Assembly: GCA_028023455.1 (NCBI GenBank) | Contig: JAQFVV010000009.1 | Span: forward strand, 13,826,001-13,890,000 | Length of the DNA: 64,000 bases | Source of the DNA: Epiperipatus broadwayi | Lineage: Eukaryota > Animalia > Onychophora | Direction: 5' to 3' | In this document: positions 1 to 10,590 of the stretch, in pieces | How the letters are laid out: the number at the start of each line of letters is the position of its first letter | Numbering within the stretch: position 1 is the stretch's first letter | The notes under the pieces: model-generated | Seen by the model: only the letters and a program-made list of their open reading frames with translations | Told to the model about the DNA's origin: nothing | Databases searched by the model: none | Made by a program: the position numbers and the translations under genes

Positions 1-79
1 TTATATATGATATGTGCAATATTATAACTTTTCTAATACATTTAAAATTAGTAGTAGCAAACAAAGGAAGTATACTTAC

Positions 80-200
80 TGCTCTCTAGAGTGACAAATT
101 TTAAGTTTCCAATATTTATCATAGCATAAAAGAAATTGTCCTGGCCCTCCTTTGATAGAAAATTAATGCTGTCTTCTGATAAAGTCCAAAAATATTCATT
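80..200 (-). CDS. Candidate internal exon of an unidentified host gene (NEYFWTLSEDSINFLSKEGQDNFFYAMINIGNLKFVTLES)
   Basis: Acceptor cttag| at 201, strong donor |gtaagt at 79-74, 40 open codons. No homology recognised. Confidence 0.3.
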
Positions 201-531
201 CTAAGCATTATCATAGCAGTAATAGTTCTATTTGTAAATAATATTTTTAATTACGTGAAATCACATCGGTGTTTTAACAAATAATCTTTTTTGATATGGT
301 ATTGTGTACATATAAATATATGTATGATAAAATTTTGCAATAAATAGATTGGAATTATCATCAGACAAAAAATAAGTACAATTCACTCATTGCTAGCCAT
401 TAATAAATAAATTTAGCTATTCTAATGTCAGAAAAAAAAAATTAAGATAAGATGTGTGATGATTATAGAAATCAGTTTGTAAAAGTTGAATACATTTTCA
501 TGTTCCTTGAACTAGTTGTTTTTTTTTTTAC

Positions 532-614
532 TTCACATCTTGCAACAGTATCTTAATTTCTGCACCTTTTTTTTTCTGAAAGATTTCCAGATTGTATTCA
601 AACTCGTCCATATC
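532..614 (-). CDS. Candidate exon of the same host gene (DMDEFEYNLEIFQKKKGAEIKILLQDV)
   Basis: Acceptor ttactttcaatag| at 615, open charged coiled-coil-like peptide. The donor could be gtaaaa (531) or gtgaag (536); alternatively reading ends at TAA 530-528. Confidence 0.35.
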
Positions 615-1340
615 CTATTGAAAGTAATATATATATATATTATTTTAGAGTGTTTTAATGTAACTTTTATAATGCAAATGAGATCTACATCTTCCAAAAC
701 TGTGTAAATTCATCTTTTATTTATTTTACATATCCAATTCAATGAAGATCTGATATTAAACAATTGGTCATATATTCTGTGTCACATTTTCAGAATATAA
801 ATATTTTTTAAATGAAAATTTTCCTTTATTTATTTTACATTAATAATGTTTCTTGATTCATTTTTGTATAATAAATTTTGCAGAATAGCAACTCTATATG
901 TAAAAAATTATCACTATAAAGAAAAATGCATATTTTCAGTTTCTTAAATGTGATAATGCCATATTGAAATTTGATCCAGTTCTATTTTTCTATAAAACAT
1001 TATTATGAATTTTAAACTTAGACATATTCTCAAATTAATAATCATTCAATATAAAAGTTGTTGACATTCTTTCTTTAATAACTGGCTGATAATCACCTGA
1101 GAAGATTAGTCTTAGTAAGTTGCATTAAAAACATTTTGTAGACTATTATATAAATTGTTGAGAGTATTATAATCATCAACAGAAGACAAAAAGATCAAAT
1201 TCATATTTTTTCTTTTAATTAAGCAGTTTAAATTAAAACCCATTTCACATCTTAATACCTGCTAAGCTACCTATTATTATTACAAAGATTTCCGCCATTA
1301 AAATAAAACAAAAATAACGTTTGAATATTAAATGTCTCAC

Positions 1341-1417
1341 ATTTTCCAATGCCAGTAATAATATTTTCTCTTGTACCATTTTGTTGAAGCTACATAATAT
1401 GAACAAACTTGTAGATG
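1341..1417 (-). CDS. Candidate exon (STSLFILCSFNKMVQEKILLLALEN), phase-compatible with 532-614
   Basis: Acceptor tatacag| at 1418, donor |gtgaga at 1340. Ends in phase 0 and joins in frame to DMDEF... Confidence 0.3.
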
Positions 1418-2789
1418 CTGTATAATATAAACAAATCAGTTAATTTAATTCACTGTTAAAAACGTTGTTGATTAATTGAGATAAATGTCTTAATTTAATA
1501 GATAAAAGCCATATATAAATCACACCTTTACTCATAAAATGTTTTTTGCATTTTTTTTTTTGTTAATTAAAGCTACCTATAATTCTAAAAATTCCCATAC
1601 TTTTGAATCTAATGTGTTAAATCTAATATATTAATATTATATTTTAAAACTTTTTCAGATATCTCTATCTAAATAATATATCTTTAAAAGCTGTCCGTTT
1701 GAGTTCTTGTATTATTATTCAAATATGATGAAAATACTGCTCTAATTTGTTTGAGCTATCATTATTAGCATTAAAGTACTTCCACTCAGGTGTTTGTTGC
1801 AATATGTCAAGAAAAAGTTCTAAAGTGGCCATAACCAACAGATGATTATGTTCTGTGCAGTTTTAATCTACTAATCATTATTAAAACTTTTCAATACATT
1901 AATAATATAATTATTGTCAGAGAGTCATAATTTTATTTTTGATAAAATAAGGAATAGATTTACTTGTATCTGTCACACACTCCTTAAGAAAATTGTAGAC
2001 CTCAGTAACATGGCGAACTTGAAAATTTAATTTGGCATTTTAATATTTTACAGCATATATAGTAGTTGCTAAATAACGAATAACTATCAAATTTAATTGT
2101 AATATGTTGGAATATAGCATATTTTAAATACAAATGTTATTTATAATTTTTGAATGAACTAATCTATAATATGTTCTATAAACTGAACTTGTAAAATATT
2201 AAATTCTATTAAAACTATAAGATAGTCCATAAGATATTATTGCTTTGAGTATGGAAATGTTCAAGTTTCTCTGGGATGATTTTCCTGTCTAAACAAAGTG
2301 TTTATAATAGGCATTTTATATGAGGGACACTAATTCAAATATAACAAGTTATTTGAGCTCATGAAGCCAATATCATGATTCTCAATAACTTTGAATTAGA
2401 ATTAACTGTTATTAACAATATAAGAAAATTTTTTAAAAAATATTTTAAAACACCATCAGTAAAAGATAAAAGCTTTTTTTTTCTTTAAACTTTGTGAATC
2501 TAATACTGAGGTGTAAGCATATAGGTACAATGAACAAAATGATGTTTAAAATCATAAGCCTTTCATTAACATATTTAACAATTTCAATTATAAATAGCAC
2601 CAAGATAGATCTCACAATGCAGTATCCAAATCCCTAAATTAATTTCTGTCTATTGATCTTATTTAGTACCTTTATCCTTAAGTTTTAACTTACACTAATT
2701 TGTTTGACTGAATTTGAAGATATTTATGTATCTGAAAAATTCATGCTTTCAAACTGATAGAAACATATTTCATAAAGGCTGATTGTAGA

Positions 2790-3000
2790 GTTGGTATTTA
2801 GATCTAGTTTCTAGTCTTCCTATCCTTTACTGATGTGGGCCAACTAGCTTGAAACCATAGTCTAAAGGTTGGAGACAACGAAAGAGATATTGAACTCTCT
2901 CTCGGCATTTATGTAAACAAAGCTTGTTAGTGAGCTATTGGTAAAGCTCCATCTAGTGATCATAAAATGCAAACTAAGAGCAAGTTATGAAATTTATAAC
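2790..3000 (+). mobile_element. Diverged copy of hammerhead repeat family C (PLE pLTR/retrozyme-like)
   Basis: After the hammerhead, ctctc..ggcatttat..acaaagcttgtt..gagc.attgg.aa.gctc and ..taagag..gttatg..at.tat.ac align with 48848-48950. The left boundary is approximate. Confidence 0.65.
2824..2868 (+). ncRNA. Type I hammerhead ribozyme, family C, probably degenerate (A9U)
   Basis: cctttaCTGATGTgggccaactagcttGAAAccatagTC^taaagg: perfect 6-bp stem I (ccttta/taaagg), stem II, near-palindromic stem III ccatag, GUC cleavage triplet. Confidence 0.75.
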
Positions 3001-3845
3001 TTGTTTATATATATATATTAGTAACCTCAACCTACGTTAAATATAAACATTTTTCAATAGATTTATCTATATAAACAAGTTTTCTTGAATTCAGGCCTTG
3101 GATATTTTTGACTTTTAGAGTTTTTTTTGCTAGTATAAAGGAATAAAGATGGCTGCTGAATTGCATAGGTTAAACAGTCCAATACTTGTCACAGATAAAA
3201 TCCACGATTTAGAAACTAATCTGAAATTTGTGGATGTAACAATTATGCATATTGATTAACTCTAGATTACAGTAGATATCTCTATGGGACATAAAATAGA
3301 GACAATGTTTTTTGAAAAAAAAAATGAAATTAAATATATTTTAATAAATCCATTGTTGAATACTTGTTTAAAAGTATTTTAAGATTGAAGTTACGGTATA
3401 TATTTTTTTAAAATTTAACTTGTGAACGTTATAGTATTGAATATAGTGATAGAAGATTGGTGGACTTTTTATTATGTTATTTTGGACAAATTATTGTTGA
3501 AATCAATTATATGTTTACTGGAAATTAGTTTCAATTAAAAGTCTGAAGAAAAAAACTAAATCTAGAACATAAATCTTTAAAGTTGGAGTCTAGCATTAGA
3601 CAAGCTATAGTATTTCTTCTGATTACTTATGAATAAAGAATTAGATATGGAAAAAAAGTACTAACACCAGTGAAGAGTTTTGAGATTAGCATAAGAAAAT
3701 ATTTGAAAACCAGACACTCTTCATAAACCTGGAGCTTAATTGTAAATATATAGGGGATTTGAACTCAGACTCTCAAGCATCCACCAACTATCCACACTAT
3801 CTCATACAACTGATATACATGACTGCATACATGTAGAAAAGATAA

Positions 3846-3904
3846 ATAATCAGCAATAGACGTATTTCATGCTAAACCAGCATTCATCAGTTGGTCCAGA
3901 TTAT
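3846..3904 (-). ncRNA. Type I hammerhead ribozyme, family A (core intact)
   Basis: Minus strand: ataatc tgg accaa CTGATGA atgctggtttagcat GAAA tacgtc TA^ttgct gattat. The cleaved nucleotide is 3857. Confidence 0.85.
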
Positions 3905-4311
3905 CATCTCACACACATATATAATCAGTGCTCAGTTTATATTAAGATAGCAAATCCTCACACTTTAATGAATAGGCTTCAATCTACTACAACCACCAAC
4001 TTTTCAGCCATCCATATCATTGGAAATCTGATGATGGAAAGTCAAATCCCATGCTGATGCCAACATTATTGCCATGCCCATGTTGATGTGAAGTCACTCT
4101 GCCCCTTCATGTATAGGACTTTATTCATTTAAATAATATAGAAGAGGAATGGGTAGGACACGAGTTTCATATGTAAATATTTGAAAACCAGGCACTCTTC
4201 ACAAACCCGGAGCTTAATTGTAAATATATAAGGATTTTAACTCAGACTTTCAAGCACCCACACTATCTTATACAACTGATATACATGACCACATACATGT
4301 AGAAAAGATAA

Positions 4312-4370
4312 ATAATCACCAATATATGTATTTCATGCTAAAACAGCATTCAACAGTTGGTCCAGATTAT
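4312..4370 (-). ncRNA. Type I hammerhead ribozyme, family A (A6U core change)
   Basis: Minus strand: ataatc tgg accaa CTGTTGA atgctgttttagcat GAAA tacata TA^ttggt gattat. Cleavage position 4323. Confidence 0.8.
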
Positions 4371-4561
4371 TATCTCACACACACACATATATAATCAGTG
4401 CTCAGGTTATATTAGAATAACAAATCCTTACACTTTCATGGACATTCATGTCATGATATGGATGACTGAAAAGTTGGAGGTTGGAATAGATTGAAGCCTG
4501 TTCATTAAAGTGTGAGGATTTGCTATCTTAATATAAACTGAGCACTGATTATAATCTAGAC

Positions 4562-5096
4562 CAGTGTTCTTCAACCCTTGGTCCGCGGCCCTGTGCTGGG
4601 CTGCGGAACTTTTCTGCAGGTCCGCGTGCTAGACGGGCAGTAAAAAGTTTGTAATAATAAATAATAAGAGTTTAAACTTTTAATTAATATAACCAATTTT
4701 TATTTATTTTTTTATCTCATTTTTACCCCATTAAAAAAAAAAAGAAAACAGAACGAAAACAAAATCTAATCAATCATTCATAAATTATTTTGTTTTTCTA
4801 GTTATCACAGATGTTTATGGGGGGGGGGGGGTAGAATTAAATTTTTTATTACTTTTCTAAAAAAAATTTTAAAAAAAGTTTTTTATTATATAAACTCCAT
4901 ATATATATATATAAAACTTTATCTTATATATTTAACATTGTTGTTTTGATCAGTTATAACAATTATGCTTATCTTTAAGAAAATTTATCTATAGACTTTT
5001 GCCGGTCTGAGAAATCTTATCCTTATTTTTGCTGGTCTGTGGAACCTTATCCTTCTTTTTACCGGTCCGCAGGTGTGAAAAGGTCGAAGACCACTG
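4562..5096. mobile_element. Non-autonomous hAT (Buster/Charlie-type) MITE
   Basis: 15-bp TIRs CAGTGTTCTTCAACC / GGTCGAAGACCACTG (13/15), perfect 8-bp TSD ATCTAGAC (4554-4561, 5097-5104), subterminal ~30-bp repeats at the right end. Confidence 0.95.
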
Positions 5097-5152
5097 ATCT
5101 AGACCAACTGATGAATGCTGGTTTAGCATGAAATACATATATTGGTGATTAT
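5097..5152 (+). ncRNA. Type I hammerhead ribozyme, family A (core intact; outer stem I disrupted by the hAT insertion)
   Basis: atctagaccaa CTGATGA(5108-5114) atgctggtttagcat GAAA(5130-5133) tacata TA^ttggt gattat. Confidence 0.85.
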
Positions 5153-5425
5153 TTATCTTTTCTACATGTATGTGGTCATGTATATTAGTTGTATGAGATA
5201 GTGTGGATAGTTGGTGTGTGCTTGAAAATCTGAGTTTAAATCGCCTATATAGATCAGCATAAAAGCAAGATAAATGAACAAATGGAGACCAAGTGAAAAT
5301 GATCAAGTTATAATTGTCTTATTTTGGCTATCTAAATAAAATTACTCATTTCATTAAAAAAAAATCTATAATAAATTACTAAACATCACATGATCACCAT
5401 TTCTTATGCTTGCTTATAACTGTTA

Positions 5426-5530
5426 TTAAAACAGGCAAAACTTTCCATACAGTAGTGTCTTTTGACATCCATTGATTACTCTGGCTTGCATTAAGTGGCA
5501 CTACTGTATGGAGACTTTTGCCTGTTTTAA
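5426..5530. mobile_element. Small foldback/MITE with TTAA ends (Kolobok-like termini)
   Basis: 32-bp inverted arms (30/32) 5426-5457 and 5499-5530 with a 41-nt spacer. Ends read TTAA|AACAGGC...GCCTGTT|TTAA. Confidence 0.5.
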
Positions 5531-6279
5531 AATATATAATACTCAATAACAATAGTAATAGAAGTGGATGAGTGATAATGAGATAAATGGATTCAGTCAT
5601 GTGCTACTAAAAAGTCTAAAAAAAAGGTATAATAGATTATACTGAATAAAGACTATAGACAGTCTCTAATAATAATAAATTATTTGGTGAGTAATATTAA
5701 AAAAGGAATAGACAATTTTTCCTCAATAGTGAAAGTTTAATAATAGAAAAAAAAATTTATTTTAGTTGATTTATAATTGTTTCAAGAATTAGATATATTT
5801 TCTTAACTAAAGTATGATATTCGAGCATTTTCATAATTTGTCAAATTTATTAAATTATATTTGTCTTTTTTTCATCAATTATGTACTGTATTCTGTTTAA
5901 AGTTTTTAATTTATCTTTTGGATTCGAAAAAAATGTTTGCCATTAGGTGACAGTGGATTCTTTGACTTCTTTTTTAGCCTTTAAGAAACTGAGCAGAGGA
6001 AATGTCTAATATTCATTCCATATATTCTTCTTGTTGCAATTATTATTACTATGTTATTATAGGTGGGCTGCTTATCAATACACATAAGATAGCATGGTGA
6101 GTTTTTAAAAAATTACCTCTGAATTTAAGATCAAGAAAATATCATGAACTTTTTTCTTTGGTGCCTAATAGTTTTTAACTGGAACATTAATTAGATTTTG
6201 TTGAATACATAATGTATGAATGCTAATCCTCTTTTATATTCACAATTACAAAAATAATATATGGCTTTCATTTATTAGA

Positions 6280-8230
6280 GGCAGTAAAGGAAGCAGTCAT
6301 GTCAGCAGTTGCTGATTGAAGGTGATGCGAAGAATCTTCTGTTATGAGTCAATGTATGTTTGATCCATCCAAAGAGCATTTTAAAATTTATCACAAAAAA
6401 TTGTAATGCTAAAATTGAAAAACAATTGAAACATGAATAAATTTGGTTATGGAGATAGTGGTGAAAGAACATGGAGACTTTTGGAATTTGCAAAAAAAGA
6501 AAAACTGTGTATTATTAATTTCTTATGGAAAAAAAATCTAAAATTAAAAGAGAAATGGAAGCATACAAATAAAGATATAGCAAAATTGGATTATATTTTG
6601 ATTATCAGAAGATAAGTATTGTATTTTAATATTATAATTTGTTTAATAGATTCAACAGAGATTGTGGTTAATAATTCTTGACATGTAAAGCACATGATAA
6701 TACAAAGTTATATTTAAAAAGACTGTAGAGTTGATATCCCTAATCTTCAGAAATATTCCAATAAATATAAACTATAACTTGAAAATTACTGTACTTTAAA
6801 AAGTAAAAGTCTGAAAATAGGTCTGACTTGAATGGGATAACTGATACTCTACTAAGAAATGCTATATAGATAGCTAATATATGTATTTTTGATGGATGTG
6901 AGGCAATATATGATAAAAATAAAAAAATATTTTAAAATAATTTATTTAAAGAATTAAATATCTGAAATTCTATAAAATCATATAAAAAGAGTTAGTGAAG
7001 TGAGCCTTAAAAATATAAAATAACATCTTGCTATTGGATTTTTCTTTTCAGTATTATTAAAAAGAAAAAGAAGATCATGAAGCATGTGAAAGAATTCTGC
7101 AAAATTTATATAGTAATAAATTTTTAAAAAAACAAGAAAGCTAAATAGCCACTACAATTGAATATCTTTTAAAATTCCTTAATACTATATTATAAATAAG
7201 GAAATAAAACATGCAATTAAATTAGGAAGGATGAAAAAATTCTAAGAAATAATAAGATTTTTAAAGATATTTTAAAAGAAGTAGGTAGATAAATAGATGG
7301 TAATGTTATAAATAATAAAGAAATGATTGGAAGAAAGAAATAATATATTAAAAGTTATAGATCTATCAGATTTATATGTGACTTTTACTAAGACCATTAC
7401 AACTCATCTATAAAGAACCCTGAATCAGATCAAAAGAATAATGAATATGAATTGCTATAATCTTTCAGATTTATAGACCATACTTTATTCTAAAAACATT
7501 CTGAAATTGATTAATGCTTTGAAACATTAAAACATATGTTTAGATAAACTTAAAAATTTATAGCCAGTTGATTTTATTTCTAAAAATTTAAACCATTTTA
7601 TATAAAATATTTTATAGATTAAACTAAACGAGGTAAAAAATGAATACTTCAGATTTTGTATTTGACATGATTATTTTTAAAATAATGATTTAGAACTTTA
7701 GGAAGTGTTACAAAAACTATAATGAAAGTAAAAATATAGGACTCAAAAAAGTGAAAAGTTTAATGGAAGAGAAAATAAAACTTGATAGCAATCACTTACA
7801 TAAAATTAACAACTATAGATATCTTGATCAAATTATTAATATGGATAGAGAAATAGTGGATAAAATTAATTATAAAATTTATATTGAATGAGATTTTTTT
7901 GGTGGAAATAAAGTAATATTTAAAGAAAATATGTCTATGTCCTTGAAAAGAAACTTTAAATAATTATGTTTTATATATTGCTTATTGTAGAATAAAAAAT
8001 TTAAACTCTTGTTAGAAAAGTAATATAAAAACTTCAAACCATACAATAAAGTATGGAGTGATATATTCTGAGAGCAACAAGAAGGAACTATAAGTGAAAC
8101 AAGTGGTGAAAAACAGATAGTACTAATACTGTTGAAAAAATTGAAAGCCTAAAATAGAGTTGTGTTGGATATGTCACTAAAAGAGGTGGCAATGTTTGGT
8201 CAATTGAAATCTTGCACTGGATACCAAAAA
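6280..8230 (+). mobile_element. Decayed RTE-clade LINE (APE endonuclease plus RT remnants)
   Basis: KFGYGDSGERTWRLLEFAKKEKLCIINF...KLDYIL (APE) at 6433-6615. RT C-terminal remnants (LKRNF.., W..HV-like) run to about 8220, with many stops and frameshifts. Confidence 0.8.
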
Positions 8231-8805
8231 AATCTATAAAAATTGTATAGGTGACATGGATAGATAAGAAAATTTGCTGAAGTGATATAGAGAAGAAAGT
8301 CTATGGATCAGAGAAATTGGAATAAAAATGAAAAAGTCTTTACCCTGCAAATGATTGATAATAATTAAAAATAATGATAAGTGATGATTTTTCTTAAATA
8401 TTGTTACTATTGTCACTATGTTGAGACTAGCCATCTTGTAATTTGTAAATTGTTTTCAATGAACTCATTTATATAGGAAGAAATATCTTTCTGATAAAAA
8501 TAATTTGCAAAACCATATATTTATTCATATTTAGAGATACAATAAATGCTACTTGCTAGAACACATTAAAAATTCAATGTGTGAATTATAATGGATATTA
8601 AAAAAATAATCTTTTAAATGTATCCACATGGACATTGTTGAGCATATCTCTTGGATCCAGAATAGTAATGTCTCAAAATGTAAGTTAGAAAAACATTAAT
8701 GATTCGTTTGAGAGCTAATAATAAATTGTAATGTGCTATCATTATAGAAGATTTCACATTAGCAAACATTTTTACAGAAAATTTGCAAAATAAAGTGATC
8801 TAGTG

Positions 8806-10590
8806 CAGTGATCTTCAACCCTTGGTCTGCGGACCGGTCTGCAGAAGTTTTCTGATGGTCCATGCTAGACTGGCAGGAAAGTTTGTAATAACAAAATAAT
8901 AAGATTTTAAACTTTTAATTAATATAAACAATTTTTATTTATTTTTTCATTGCAATTGCTTAAATAAAATTAATTATAAATCAAAATTTTATTTAAATTA
9001 TTAGATAATACTATAATTACTAAATAATAATCAAAGGAATTTATCTGAAAATCTCAATCTTTAAAAAACAAAGCGTCAATCTCATGATAATTGTACCACT
9101 CCTTATACTCAATTTCTATACCTAGTAGGCATTTCTGTATTGCGTCAGCTCATTTATTGGTCACATATAGGTTTTTTTTTATTGCATTTGTATCATCTTT
9201 TTATTTTGTGTGTGACATTTCTTTTTGAAATTGTAAACTTCACAAAATGGAGACAGATCATTGATGATGATTTCTTTTCAACATAAATCTACTCTTTTTT
9301 TTATTTTTAGCAAAATGACATCTTTATAATGATTGTTTTATTTCTATGTGACACTTTACCAAAACAATTTTCCTTCTGTTTTTATTTTTTAATAGGTAAA
9401 AATGAAATTAAAATAACCACCAGATTCAAAATTTTAAAAAAAAGAGAACATTTTTTTATTATACAAACTCCATAAATATATAACTTCATCTTGTATATTT
9501 AACATTAAATGCAGATATTACATTTTTCATAATCATTGTCATGTAATTACACTAGCTGTGATATTTCCCAACATTCAGGTGAATAACATTTTATTCTTGC
9601 ATGTTTTAACAATGAATTAATAAACATAGCAATGCAGGCACATTAATGAAAATGTATTGTTTTCTGTAGCAGTATGACTGGGCAATTCAAGAAAGAGTGT
9701 TCAGCATGTGAAGGTAAGCAACACTATTACAATACACAGTAACTAGTGTGTTGTTTTGGTCAGTGCTATGTGTGTGTGTATTCACATATACATGCAATAA
9801 TAATGTAACTATTATAAATGAATACAAGTATGTGTGTGTATGCTTATTAACAGATACACGCAATAATAATGTAACTATGACAAATATTCAAGTATGCGTG
9901 TGTATGCTAAAAGCATCACAGAAACGATTAAGGTTGGTCAGAGATAACCAGACTGACCACTTTGTACCTCGTGTCATGGGATGACCAATGGAAATAGAGA
10001 GTGTTACATCCGGTACGGTGGGAACAAACAAGGTCAGACTTGCTAGGTGAAGTTGAGGGATGGATGCGTTTTCCTGAGTGCACAGACACTACTTCACTTT
10101 CAGCTCATCTCGCGGAGAGGTCTACCTCCGAACGTACTAAGGTAGACCTAGGGACCATTACAGGTCGTATAGACTTTAATATTGTTTATTGTAAGCCTGC
10201 GGGCCTTTAAGACTAGAGTTGTATAATAATGTGTTAGTCAGTTTACCTTTGTAATAATTGTATTATATATTAATCCTTGTATATGTATTTATGTATATAA
10301 ACCTATTAACTCCACTACCGTGTTCGTGTGTTTAATTATATAATTACTTGTCGCTGTTGAGTGCGATAAATCTCACTCGAACCTCGACCATATATATATG
10401 CGACTAGTACTGGATATTGCAGTCAGTTATAACAATTATGCTCATCTAAGGGTAATCAGTTTAAATCTTTAAGAAAATTTATCTGTAGACTTCTACCAGT
10501 CTGTGAAATCTTATCCTTATTTTTGTTGGTCCACAAAATCTTATCCTTGTTTTTGCTGGTCTGCAAGTGTGAAAAGGTTGAAGATCACTT
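8806..10590. mobile_element. Longer copy of the same hAT MITE family, carrying a solo LTR
   Basis: TIRs CAGTGATCTTCAACC / GGTTGAAGATCACTT (14/15, terminal base mutated), perfect TSD ATCTAGTG (8798-8805, 10591-10598). Both ends align with 4562-5096. Confidence 0.92.
9542..10421. mobile_element. Solo LTR (880 bp), probably Ty3/Gypsy
   Basis: TGTAAT...ATTGCA termini with 4-bp TSD GTCA (9538-9541, 10422-10425). Absent from the hAT copy at 4562. Higher GC, retained CpGs, and an internal ~62-bp tandem pair at about 9770-9905. Confidence 0.85.

Larger units (their letters stand above)
3695..5250 (-). mobile_element. Family A hammerhead element, locus 1: tandem dimer (3697-4174, 4175-4437) plus inverted arm (4452-5250, split by a hAT MITE)
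   Basis: Direct repeat of the unit from aaatatttgaaaacc. The right arm is the reverse complement of 3748-4020. Flanked by TSD agat(t/c)agcataa (3683-3694 / 5251-5262). The 53-nt tail is on the left arm only. Confidence 0.85.

Noticed and set aside
9748-10210. ORFs inside the solo LTR
   Set aside because: Short, no domain motifs, and explained by higher GC and internal repeats.
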